A stretch of DNA of 64,000 nucleotides, from assembly GCA_963827235.1 (NCBI GenBank), contig CAWHAE010000015.1, positions 64,001 to 128,000 on the forward strand, in the 5' to 3' direction. The stretch is from an uncultured bacterium (GTDB lineage: Bacteria > Chloroflexota > UBA5177 > JANWHV01). This document shows positions 19,788 through 29,057 of the stretch, piece after piece (position 1 is the first letter of the stretch; the number at the start of each line of letters is the position of its first letter). The position numbers and the translations under genes were made by a program. A model generated the notes under the pieces. It was not told where the DNA came from and searched no databases. It saw nothing but the letters and a program-made list of their open reading frames with translations.

Positions 19788-22136
19788 ATGACTCCTGCCG
19801 CCTACCCGACCGCACGCCCGTCCTGGCACAGCTATCTGCGGCTGCCGGCTAGGCGCCGTCTGCCGGCGTACCTGTTCATCTGGCTCTGCGGCCTGCTGTG
19901 CATCGGGCCGCTGGCGTACATCCTCATCCAATCGCTCACCTCGACGCCCAGGGGCCGGTTCGGTCTCTCGCCGGTTGCCAGCTACATCTTCATTCTGCAC
20001 AGCACGGCGCTCTGGAGCGCGTTCAAGAATACGGCCATTCAGGAAGGGATCCTCCTGACTACCACGATGTTCTTCTGCCCGCTCGCCGGATACGCCTATG
20101 CCAAGTTCACCTTTCGCTTCAAGGGCTTCTTCTTCGGCCTGACGATGTTGACCCTGTTCTTCGTGCCTATTGCCCAGACCATTCCGCTCTTGCTGGAGAT
20201 GAACGAGCTGGGCTGGCTTAACACCTATCAAGGCCTGGTGATACCCATGACCATCAGCTCGCTCGGCATCTTCTGGATGACCATGGTAATCCGGGGCGTT
20301 CCGGACGAGCTGATCCAGGCGGCGCGGCTCGACGGCTGCGGCATCTTCTCGAGCTGGTGGCGGATCGTTCTTCCGACCATCAGACCGGCGCTGCTGGCCC
20401 TGGCCTTTTTCACCTACATCACCGCCTATAGCGACTTCATGTGGCCGCTGCTCGTGCTTCCCGACAGCAGCATGCAAACGGTGTCGCTCTACCTCCAGTA
20501 CGCCGGCTTCAGCTTCTCGGGCGGCGGCGGTGGAGGAGGCGGCGGTGGATCGGCGGCGAACGTCGTGATCACGTCGCTACCCACCGTCCTCGTTTTCCTG
20601 GCCATGCGGCGCTACTTCATGCCGCAGTTGCTCAGGCGCGACGACATCGTGACGCCGGTGTACCTGGACGATGCCGGCGTGTTTCAACCGGCCGAGGCGC
20701 CGGGCGAACCCCTCCGTGCCGTGCGGCTTGCCGCGACGGAGTCCAGCGCCATGAGCCCAGCGGCGCCGTCCGCTTCGCGGGCCGAGACCGGCGGACCCCA
20801 GCCGGCCGTCTCCGTGCCGGCCGGCCTTCTTGCCCTGGCGGGCCTCCGCCGGTGGCAGGCAGTGCTGCCGGCGACGATCGTGCACTGTGCGGTGATAGCC
20901 TGCTGCACCTTCGCCGTCTATCTCACTGCGCTTCAGAACAGGCTGCATCTGGACGACGTCTACAAGGTGCTGGGCAACCCGGGCATTGAGAGTCTGCTGC
21001 CGATCCGGCGCTACTTCACCGATCCGCTCACCAGCGCGGCCGTGCCGAGCGAGGCGCAGTTCCGGCCGCTGGCCACACTCAGCCTGGCGCTCAACCACGC
21101 GCTCACGGGGGACAGCGTGCCCGGATATCATCTGGTGAATCTGATCGTGAGCGCGGTCACCGGCCTGCTGGTCTACTTTCTGGTACGCGAGCTGCTCGGC
21201 TATTGGTCCGCGATCCGCTTGCCCGGCTACCGCATCGACTTCCTGGCCATGATGGTGGGCTTGCTGGTAACCGTCCACCCGATCGCCGGGCTGCTCGTTA
21301 GCTACGTGTCCGGCCGTGATCTGCTGCTGATGGAGGCGTTTCTCTGTGCCTCGCTCCTCTGTTACGCGCGCATGCAGCGCGTGCACTACTTCGAAGAGCC
21401 GCGCTTCTTGCTGGAGGGGCGGCTGCTCGAGCGGCTGCTGCGGCGGTGGCTCGGCGGATCGCTCCTGAGCTGGGCGGCGGTGCTGGCTCTGTTCGAGCTG
21501 GCCCTGCTTTCAAAGGCCCAGGCCGTGATGGCACCGGCGCTGATCTTCGCTTTCGAGCTGACCCTGGGGAGGGGGAGCCTCTCCCGCGTGGCTCCCTACG
21601 CGCGCGTGCTGCCGTTTGCTCTGGTTGCCGCCGCGCACCTGTTCTACGTCGACGCCTACCTGCACTTCACGGTGTTGCCCGACGCACCGCTATTGGGGTT
21701 CGATGCCGAATGGACCTATCCGCTGACGCAAGCGCAGCTCAGCGTCACGCACTATCTGGCAAGCTTCGCCTGGCCGTTTGCCCTGCGGCAGGTGCCGGTA
21801 GTGGCCACCGTGCAGAGTCTGCTCGATCCCGGCGTGCTGATCGGCCTTGCGATGATCGTGGGAACGGTGGTCTGTGCCTGGCGCATCCGCCACGGCCGGC
21901 CGCTGCTGGCCTTCTGCATGCTCGCCTACTGGCTTGTGCAGAGCCCTGAATCCTCGTTCGTGCCGATGCTCCACAACGCCGCGGATTACCGGCCCTACCC
22001 GGCGAGTCCATTCCTCTTTCTAGCTCTGGCGCTGCTGATCGAGCGATTTCTCAAGCCGGCGCTGGCCACGGGCGTCATCCTGGGCCTCCTGGCCTTTTTC
22101 GCGATCGCCTCCGTGGTCATGAATGTGAGCTGGTAG
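19788..22136 (+). CDS. Fusion of a carbohydrate ABC permease (MalG-like) with a TMTC-like GT-C membrane domain
   Basis: The N-half has the EAA loop ELIQAARLDG and DFMWPLL. The C-half has LDD..V..N, FRPLATLS, GYHLVNL, VHP, SYVSGR, LALLSK and DYRPY. Confidence 0.7.
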   Translation: MTPAAYPTARPSWHSYLRLPARRRLPAYLFIWLCGLLCIGPLAYILIQSLTSTPRGRFGLSPVASYIFILHSTALWSAFKNTAIQEGILLTTTMFFCPLAGYAYAKFTFRFKGFFFGLTMLTLFFVPIAQTIPLLLEMNELGWLNTYQGLVIPMTISSLGIFWMTMVIRGVPDELIQAARLDGCGIFSSWWRIVLPTIRPALLALAFFTYITAYSDFMWPLLVLPDSSMQTVSLYLQYAGFSFSGGGGGGGGGGSAANVVITSLPTVLVFLAMRRYFMPQLLRRDDIVTPVYLDDAGVFQPAEAPGEPLRAVRLAATESSAMSPAAPSASRAETGGPQPAVSVPAGLLALAGLRRWQAVLPATIVHCAVIACCTFAVYLTALQNRLHLDDVYKVLGNPGIESLLPIRRYFTDPLTSAAVPSEAQFRPLATLSLALNHALTGDSVPGYHLVNLIVSAVTGLLVYFLVRELLGYWSAIRLPGYRIDFLAMMVGLLVTVHPIAGLLVSYVSGRDLLLMEAFLCASLLCYARMQRVHYFEEPRFLLEGRLLERLLRRWLGGSLLSWAAVLALFELALLSKAQAVMAPALIFAFELTLGRGSLSRVAPYARVLPFALVAAAHLFYVDAYLHFTVLPDAPLLGFDAEWTYPLTQAQLSVTHYLASFAWPFALRQVPVVATVQSLLDPGVLIGLAMIVGTVVCAWRIRHGRPLLAFCMLAYWLVQSPESSFVPMLHNAADYRPYPASPFLFLALALLIERFLKPALATGVILGLLAFFAIASVVMNVSW

Positions 22137-22147
22137 CCCTCCGCAGC

Positions 22148-23278
22148 TCAGCTGCCGTGTCGCGAGTGCGCAGCGGCTTCGACCTTCCTTGCCGGCTCGG
22201 CCGCGACGGCGGTCGCCATCGCGCCGCACGATTCGCGCACTACCAGGTGCGTGTAGAGCACGGTCTTGATCGGCCTGGATGATTCGCCGCGCAGCAGTGC
22301 CTGGAGACGGCGCACCGCCTCCACGCCCATCTCGGCACGCGGCACGCTGACGGTGGTCAGCGGCGGCGTCGTATGCGCGCTTTCCAGGACGTCGTCGATA
22401 CTCACCACCGCCATGTCCCTGGGAATCTGCAGGCCCCGTTCCTTCAGCGCCTCCAGGGCACCGAAGGCGGTCTTGTCGCTGATCGCCACGACCGCCGTGG
22501 GAGGCTGATCCGCGTCCAGCAGATGCAGCATCTGCTGGTAGCCCTTCTGCCCGCCGGCATGATGGGTCGGCACGGGCATGAGCGAGCGATCGGCCGGGAT
22601 CTCGTGCTCGGTCAAGGCATCCAGATACCCTTCCTGGCGGTCGACCAGGCTCCTGTACTTTCGCGGACCGGTGAGCAGTCCGATGCGCGTGTGGCCGAGC
22701 TGGAGCAGGTGTCGCGTAGCCAGGTAGCCTGCGGTGACGTTGTCGGCGACGACGCAGTGCAGCGGCTGGTCGACGACGTAGTTGTCGACCAGCACGGCGG
22801 GCAGGCTGCTGGCCACCAATCGGCGAATGGCGCCGTCGGTCAGGTCGCCGCCGTTGGCCAGGATCATGCCGTCGGCCTCTCCGCGCAGGCTGTCGAGCAA
22901 GGCGTCGACGCCCGACTCGCCTCCCTCCAGCAGGTTGAGCATAACGCGATGCCTCTGCCGCTGGGCCTCGGTCTGTATGCCCTGCAGGATCTCGGAGTAG
23001 AAGATGTCGCGCTCGATCGGCTGCACCAGCCGCTCGGTGATGATGGAGACTGTGTAGCGCTCTTCGTCTCGCCGGGACCGCGAGCGCTGGACGTAGCCGA
23101 GCTGACGCATCACCGCGAGAGTTCGCGCGCGCGTCTCCTCGCTGACCCCGGGACGGCCGGTGGCCACCAGGGAAACGGCCGCCGCCGACACGCCGGCGGC
23201 ACGTGCGACGTCACGCATGCTTGGACGCCGCTCGCGGCTCAGCGACGGCTGCTCCAGGTGATCGCTCTCCGCACGCAC
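22148..23278 (-). CDS. LacI family transcriptional regulator
   Basis: SMRDVARAAGVSAAAVS helix-turn-helix, HLLQLGHTRIG, PPLTTV. GTG start inferred from GGGAG. Confidence 0.92.
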   Translation of the reverse strand: MRAESDHLEQPSLSRERRPSMRDVARAAGVSAAAVSLVATGRPGVSEETRARTLAVMRQLGYVQRSRSRRDEERYTVSIITERLVQPIERDIFYSEILQGIQTEAQRQRHRVMLNLLEGGESGVDALLDSLRGEADGMILANGGDLTDGAIRRLVASSLPAVLVDNYVVDQPLHCVVADNVTAGYLATRHLLQLGHTRIGLLTGPRKYRSLVDRQEGYLDALTEHEIPADRSLMPVPTHHAGGQKGYQQMLHLLDADQPPTAVVAISDKTAFGALEALKERGLQIPRDMAVVSIDDVLESAHTTPPLTTVSVPRAEMGVEAVRRLQALLRGESSRPIKTVLYTHLVVRESCGAMATAVAAEPARKVEAAAHSRHGS

Positions 23279-23709
23279 TTCTTGATTCCGTCTCCCAACC
23301 ACTGTTGAGACATAATACAACCGGCCCGCGCGCTCCGGCAATCGACCATGTTTGCCAGGTGCCGCGTGGTCTGCATGGCACAGTTCTCCAGCATTGGCCT
23401 ATACGATACCACATTGCATACTGGATGTTTAGTAGTGGGATTCATCCCGCCATTCCGCGCGCTGGGCCTGCTTTCCGCATATCCGATGCGCCACGACACC
23501 GGGATTCATCCCGCTCGTCACCCTGGCTGAGCCCGTTTCCCGCTCATCTGAGCGGCCTTGGGCTCCAACCTGCCCGTCCCCGGAGCCAAGCCTGTTTCCC
23601 GCATATCCGAGCCATACCGGTCGGACACCAGCGTTTCACCTCGCTGTACCCCTTACCGGCTCGCTAAACAATCAGCGCGCTGTCTCGGGTTTGTTCAACG
23701 GCATGATGC

Positions 23710-23738
23710 TTGACATACATAAACACGGATGCTATGCT
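23710..23738 (+). promoter_or_regulatory. Sigma70-type promoter of the sugar ABC operon
   Basis: TTGACA (23710-15), 17-nt spacer, TATGCT (23733-38) with an extended -10 TG. Confidence 0.75.
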
Positions 23739-23970
23739 CGTGTCGCCAACTCGGGGAAAGGAACATCTCGCCGGCCGCCCGTGCCGGAGGAGATTCCTAC
23801 CGAGGCGACGTGGCACTCATCCATATCCATTGCCAGGACCACGACGTGGAGAGAGGGGGTGGGCGGGCACAGAGTCGAGAGGTGAAGAAGCTGGTCATAG
23901 AGTCTGGCGCTATCATCGTGGCTCGTCGTTGGCACGAGGCAATGTGCCGATCAAACCCAAAGGGGGAGAT

Positions 23971-25349
23971 ATGGACCGCGAAGTAACCAGCATGCCCGAA
24001 GCGAAGAAGATCGAGCGCAAGACGTTCCTCAAGGGCGCCGCGGCCACCGCGGCGGCGGTAGCCGGAGCAGGCACGGTAGCCGGGATCGCAAAAGCCGCGC
24101 CGCGCGTCGAAGTGATAAGCTCGGCCCCCTCGGGCGAAGCTCTCATCTGGGTGAACACGAACCTGTTCAACGCGGGCCAGGTGGCCGCCTTCAACAAGGT
24201 CTATCCGAACGTCAAGATCACGCAGAAGGCGACCCTGTACGTGCCTGGCACGCCGAGCCTCTCCTCCCACCTCGTGACAGGCGTCGACGTTCCCGACGGC
24301 ATCTTCTTCATGGAGGATGCCTACCTTGGCCAGTTCGCGCCGAACCTGTATGACGTCACCAAGTACGTGGCGCCCTATGCGAGCAAGATCGCGCCCTACA
24401 AGCTGGCGGTCTCCAAGCAGCTGGGTAAGACGGTGGGCATTCCCTGGGACGTGGATCCGGCTTTCCTGATCTACAACAAGACTATCACCGACGCTGCAGG
24501 CGTCGACGTGAGCAAGATCGTGACGCGCGACGACCTCATCCAGGCGGCGCTCACGGTGCGAGTCGAAAGTGCCCACGTGCAAGTACTCCGATCGGCATCG
24601 GCGCCGATCAGGCCCACGTGCAGTTCATCGTCGAAGGCATGGCCTGGCAGCAGCACACCGGCATCGTGGACGCCAAGGGCAACCTCAACATCATGGCGCC
24701 GGAATACACCAACGCCTTCAACTACCTGGAGAAGAAGGCAAGAACAAGCTGGCGACCACGCTACTTCTTCGCCACGCCTTCCCTCTACAACGCGTGGAAC
24801 AAGGGCAGTGTGCTGCTTCACGGTCTTCGCCGACTGGTTCACGCACTGGAACGAGCCGGGCATGAAGCCGCTCTGGGGCAAGATCGGGTTGGCAAAGCAG
24901 CCGGTGTTCGACACCGGCCAAGGACAGCCCGTACTCCATGATGGGTGGCTCAGCCTACGTGGTGCCGCTCAAGGCCAAGAACCCGGAAGCGGGCGCCCTG
25001 TTCGGCACCTTCCAGCTCTTCGAGCCGGCCGCGCTGCAGGCCGGCAACGCCTCCAACATCTACGAAGGCATCCTTCCGTCTGCCGAGGCACTCTGGCCGG
25101 ACGTCAACCTGAATGCCTTCCGGCACAAGATGATCATCAACCCCTCTATCGACGAGCACAGCTTGCTGGTCACGGCTGCGGCTGGGCACACCCTCGAACT
25201 ACCGCTATCCGCCGTGGTACTCGCAGGCGTTCCCCTACTATGCCCCGCCGGTACTGAACGTGATCAAGGGCAAGATGAGCGCCGCGCAGGCCCAGCAGCA
25301 GATGTACAACGACGTATTGAACAAGGTGGTCAAGCGCTATAACGGATAG
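23971..25349 (+). pseudogene. Sugar ABC substrate-binding protein, frameshifted (pseudogene or assembly indels)
   Basis: Tat-like leader IERKTFLKGAAA, then FNKVYPNVKI, GIPWDVDPAFLIYNK and MMGGSAYVVP. The coding sense is spread over several frames between about 24550 and 25200 and ends VVKRYNG-TAG at 25349. Confidence 0.75.
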
Positions 25350-25680
25350 TAGCGACCGCGAGTCGAATCGCGCGGTGCCGTAACGTGTGGCTCCGGGAGG
25401 CGTGGGTCTTCGGACCCCGCCTCTGGAGCACAAACCCAGGTTGTGATTCTGGTCGTGACTCAATCGGTGGCGAATCGCAGAGGAATCTGCTATGGCGTTT
25501 GTTCCCGGGAGCGCGCGGACGGAGCGTATGCTTGCGCTCCCGGGCTACACGCTGGCTTCTGGGCGAGTCCGCGTGTGATAGCGGTAGTCCGTGGCCCCAG
25601 AGTCCGCCGATTCGGGTGTCGGAGAGTTCTGGCTTGAGTGGGTGTATGGTGCCGACGAGGCCAAGACAGGGCAGGCGGAC

Positions 25681-26619
25681 ATGACTGAGCGCCGAAGCGC
25701 AGTTCTCGTTTCCCCTTCATCCCCTTCACAGAACAGTGGATATATGAGGCGCGTGCGGCTCATCCGCACGACTGCGCCCTACGTGTTCATCGCGCCGTTC
25801 TTCATCATCTTCTTCGCCTTCTTCGCCTATCCCGTCGCCTACTCGTTCTACGTCAGCCTGCACGCGTACACGGGGCAGGGCACGATGAAGTGGGTCGGCT
25901 GGGGCAACTATAACTTTGCCCTTTCCGACAACTACTTCTGGGGGGCGCTGGAGAATACCGGCTTCTTCTGGCTGTCGGTGCCGATCACGGTCTTTCTCGC
26001 GCTGATCCTCGCCGTGATCTGGAACCGGCCCGGCATGCTCGGCCGCAGCGTCCTGCTGGTGCTGTTTCTCATGCCCACCGTTATCTCCGTCGTGGCCATT
26101 TCGGTGGTGTTCAAGATCCTCTATGACCCGACCGCCGGGCCGGTCGATACGGCCCTGGGGTGGCTGGGCATCCCGCCGGTCGACTGGCTTAACGACGACA
26201 CCTCGGCGCGGTTCGGCCTGCTGATCCTGCGTATCTGGGAGACGCTCGGCCTGGGCATCCTGTTCATCGCCTCATCCCTGCAGGCCATCTCCCAGGACTT
26301 CTACGACGCTGCCGCCGTGGACGGCAGCGGGCCGATGCGTACCTTCATCTCCATCACCGTGCCGCTGCTGGCGCGTACCATCCTGTTCCTCACCGTGTGG
26401 TACACGCTGACGGCCCTGAGCCTCTTCGCCGAGCCGCTGCTGGTGATGAGTAACGGTGGTCCTGACAACTCGACCGTGACGCTCGGTCTGTATCTATTCC
26501 TGAAGGATGTAAACCTCGATCTCGGCACAGCGTCGGCCGTCTCCTTCTTGACCACGGTCGTCATGATGATCATGTCGGTGCTGCTGTTCCTGGGTGCGCG
26601 CCGCTGGACGAGAGAGTAG
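25681..26619 (+). CDS. Carbohydrate ABC transporter permease (MalF-like)
   Basis: PYVFIAPF, VGWGNY, EAA loop FYDAAAVDG, LGTASAVS. Confidence 0.9.
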   Translation: MTERRSAVLVSPSSPSQNSGYMRRVRLIRTTAPYVFIAPFFIIFFAFFAYPVAYSFYVSLHAYTGQGTMKWVGWGNYNFALSDNYFWGALENTGFFWLSVPITVFLALILAVIWNRPGMLGRSVLLVLFLMPTVISVVAISVVFKILYDPTAGPVDTALGWLGIPPVDWLNDDTSARFGLLILRIWETLGLGILFIASSLQAISQDFYDAAAVDGSGPMRTFISITVPLLARTILFLTVWYTLTALSLFAEPLLVMSNGGPDNSTVTLGLYLFLKDVNLDLGTASAVSFLTTVVMMIMSVLLFLGARRWTRE

Positions 26620-26653
26620 AGACGGGAGACTTCAGCGTGCACGGAGATCGGCC

Positions 26654-27538
26654 ATGAGCATCGCACTCGAGATGAAGTCGCATCGCAGACGACGGGCCCT
26701 CACGCCTACTCGAGTCGGCGGTGTGCTGCTGCTGGTCCTGGCTTGGGTCATCGGGCTCATCTGCGTCTTTCCCCTCGCCTGGACCACATGGGCGTCTTTC
26801 CGCCCGGATTCGAGCTTTCTCAGTAACCCATTCGCCGTCAACGTGCACGAGCTGATGGCGAGCAACTACTCGAGCGCTTGGAACCAGAGTGACTTCAATA
26901 CCGGTTTCAAGAACAGTGCCGTGCAGGTTACAGTCATCCTGGCTACCACGCTGTTCTTCTGCCCGCTCGCCGGCTACGGCTTCGCCAAGTTCAACTTCCG
27001 GGGCAAGAGCTTCTTGTTCGGCTTGATGATGCTGACGCTCTTCTTCGTTCCCATTACCCAGTACATCCCTCTGCTCCTCGAGCTGAACAATTTCGGCTGG
27101 CTCGATACCTACCACGGGCTGGTCATTCCCCTGCTGATCAGCTCCCTGGGCATCTTCTGGATGAACGGCGTGATCGCCGGCATCCCCAATGAGCTGCTGC
27201 ACGCGGCACGCGTGGACGGCTGCGGCCTGTTCTCGACCTGGTGGCGCGTGGTCATGCCCGTGATCAGGCCGGCCCTGGTGAGCCTGGCTGTGATCACGTT
27301 CCTGGGGACCTACAACGACTATTTCTGGCCGCTGCTCGTCGTGCCCGCGCTGCCCACGGTGCAAATCACATTAGGCACGCTGGCGACGACGCTGTTTGCG
27401 CAGGCGCAGACCACCACGCAAAGCTGGGGCGCCTTGCTAGCCGGCAGCGTCATCGTGTTCGCGCCGACCGTGATCGTCTTCCTCGCCATGCAGCGTTTCT
27501 TCCTGCGCGGTGTGTTGCAGGGCAGTCTCAAGGAATGA
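26654..27538 (+). CDS. Carbohydrate ABC transporter permease (MalG-like)
   Basis: AGYGFAKFNFRGK, ELLHAARVDG, YNDYFWPLL. GGAG RBS. Confidence 0.92.
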   Translation: MSIALEMKSHRRRRALTPTRVGGVLLLVLAWVIGLICVFPLAWTTWASFRPDSSFLSNPFAVNVHELMASNYSSAWNQSDFNTGFKNSAVQVTVILATTLFFCPLAGYGFAKFNFRGKSFLFGLMMLTLFFVPITQYIPLLLELNNFGWLDTYHGLVIPLLISSLGIFWMNGVIAGIPNELLHAARVDGCGLFSTWWRVVMPVIRPALVSLAVITFLGTYNDYFWPLLVVPALPTVQITLGTLATTLFAQAQTTTQSWGALLAGSVIVFAPTVIVFLAMQRFFLRGVLQGSLKE

Positions 27539-27542
27539 CAGA

Positions 27543-29039
27543 GTGATACAGGCACAAGTTCATCTCGATACGGAACATAATGCCGGTCCGATCGACCGCC
27601 GGATCTTCGGAGGCTTCCTGGAGCACCTCGGACGTGCGGTCTACGAGGGCGTCTACGATCCCGGAAGCGCGCTGGCCGATCAGCATGGCTTTCGACGCGA
27701 CGTGGCCGATAGCCTGAGCGCGCTGGAGATGCCCGTGGTCCGCTATCCCGGCGGCAACTTCGTGAGCTGCTACGACTGGAAGGACGGCGTCGGACCGAGA
27801 GAGGCGCGGCCGAGCCGCCCGGACTACGCCTGGCGGTCTATCGAGACCAACCAGTTCGGCACCGACGAGTTCATGGACTGGTGCAAGATGCTCGGCACGG
27901 AGCCCATGCTGGCAGTCAATCTCGGCACGGGCAATACGGCGGGCGCTGCACAGCTTCTGGAGTACTGCAACCTGGCGGGCGGCAGCTACTGGGCCGACCA
28001 GCGCCGCCGGCATGGGCACGCCGACCCCTACAGGGTGAAGCTGTGGTGCATGGGCAACGAGATGGACGGCCCCTGGCAGGCGGGGCACGTGCCCGCCGGC
28101 GTCTACGCGCAGCGGGCGGACCAGGCGGCAACCATGATGAAGGGGCTCGACCCGAGCATCGAGACCGTCGCCTGCGGCTCGTCCCATCGCAACATGCCGA
28201 CCTATATGGAGTGGGATCGCGCGGTGCTGGAGTATTGCTGGGAGCACGTCGACTATATCTCCGCCCACCGGTACAGCCATAACCGCGCCGACGACAGCGC
28301 CTGGTTCCTGGCCGAGGGCCTGGAGATCGATCGCGTGCTCGACGACTACGCCGGCCTGCTGACCTACGTGCGCGGCGTGAAGAAGAGCGACAAGAAGGTC
28401 TTCCTGTCGTTCGATGAGTGGAACGTCTGGTACAAGGATCGGGCCGATGACGGCCGGTGGGCGGCCGCGCCACACCTGCTCGAAGAGGTCTACAACCTGG
28501 AAGACGCCCTGGTCTGCGCCCAGTACCTGACCGGCTTCCTGCGCCACGCGGACACTGTGAAGATCGCCTGCATCGCCCAGATCGTGAACGTGATCGCGCC
28601 CATCCTCACCCGGAGCGATGGACTCCTGGTGCAGGCGACCTACTACCCATTCCGCATGATCTCGCGGTGCGCCCGCGGCGAGGCACTGAAGCCCGTGGTC
28701 TGCTGTCCGACCTATAAGGCGGGCGAGCGGGGCGAGGCGCCGGTGCTGGACTGCGCGGCGAGCTACGATGCGGCGACCGGATCGGCCGCGGTATTCATCG
28801 TCAATCGGCATCTGCAGGACGACCTCGAGGTGACGGTGGACGTGGCGGACCGGCAGCTGGCCGGCATCGCCGGCCTCGAGGTGCTAGGCGGCGGGGACGT
28901 GAAGGCCGCGAATAGCTGGGAGCACCCGCACGCCGTATCGCCCGTCAGGGGCGAGGCGGCGCTCGACGGCGGTGTGGCGCGCATGCGCATCCCGGCGCCC
29001 GGTTTGGCGGTGCTGCGCCTGGAGACTCGCCGGGCGTAA
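27543..29039 (+). CDS. abfA: Cytoplasmic alpha-L-arabinofuranosidase (GH51)
   Basis: FLEHLGRAVYEG, RYPGGNFVS, ETNQFGTDEF, GNEMDGPWQ, SFDEWNVW, LEEVYNLEDA, AQIVNVIAP. Confidence 0.93.
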   Translation: MIQAQVHLDTEHNAGPIDRRIFGGFLEHLGRAVYEGVYDPGSALADQHGFRRDVADSLSALEMPVVRYPGGNFVSCYDWKDGVGPREARPSRPDYAWRSIETNQFGTDEFMDWCKMLGTEPMLAVNLGTGNTAGAAQLLEYCNLAGGSYWADQRRRHGHADPYRVKLWCMGNEMDGPWQAGHVPAGVYAQRADQAATMMKGLDPSIETVACGSSHRNMPTYMEWDRAVLEYCWEHVDYISAHRYSHNRADDSAWFLAEGLEIDRVLDDYAGLLTYVRGVKKSDKKVFLSFDEWNVWYKDRADDGRWAAAPHLLEEVYNLEDALVCAQYLTGFLRHADTVKIACIAQIVNVIAPILTRSDGLLVQATYYPFRMISRCARGEALKPVVCCPTYKAGERGEAPVLDCAASYDAATGSAAVFIVNRHLQDDLEVTVDVADRQLAGIAGLEVLGGGDVKAANSWEHPHAVSPVRGEAALDGGVARMRIPAPGLAVLRLETRRA

Positions 29040-29057
29040 GGGTGAGGGCAGCGCTGC

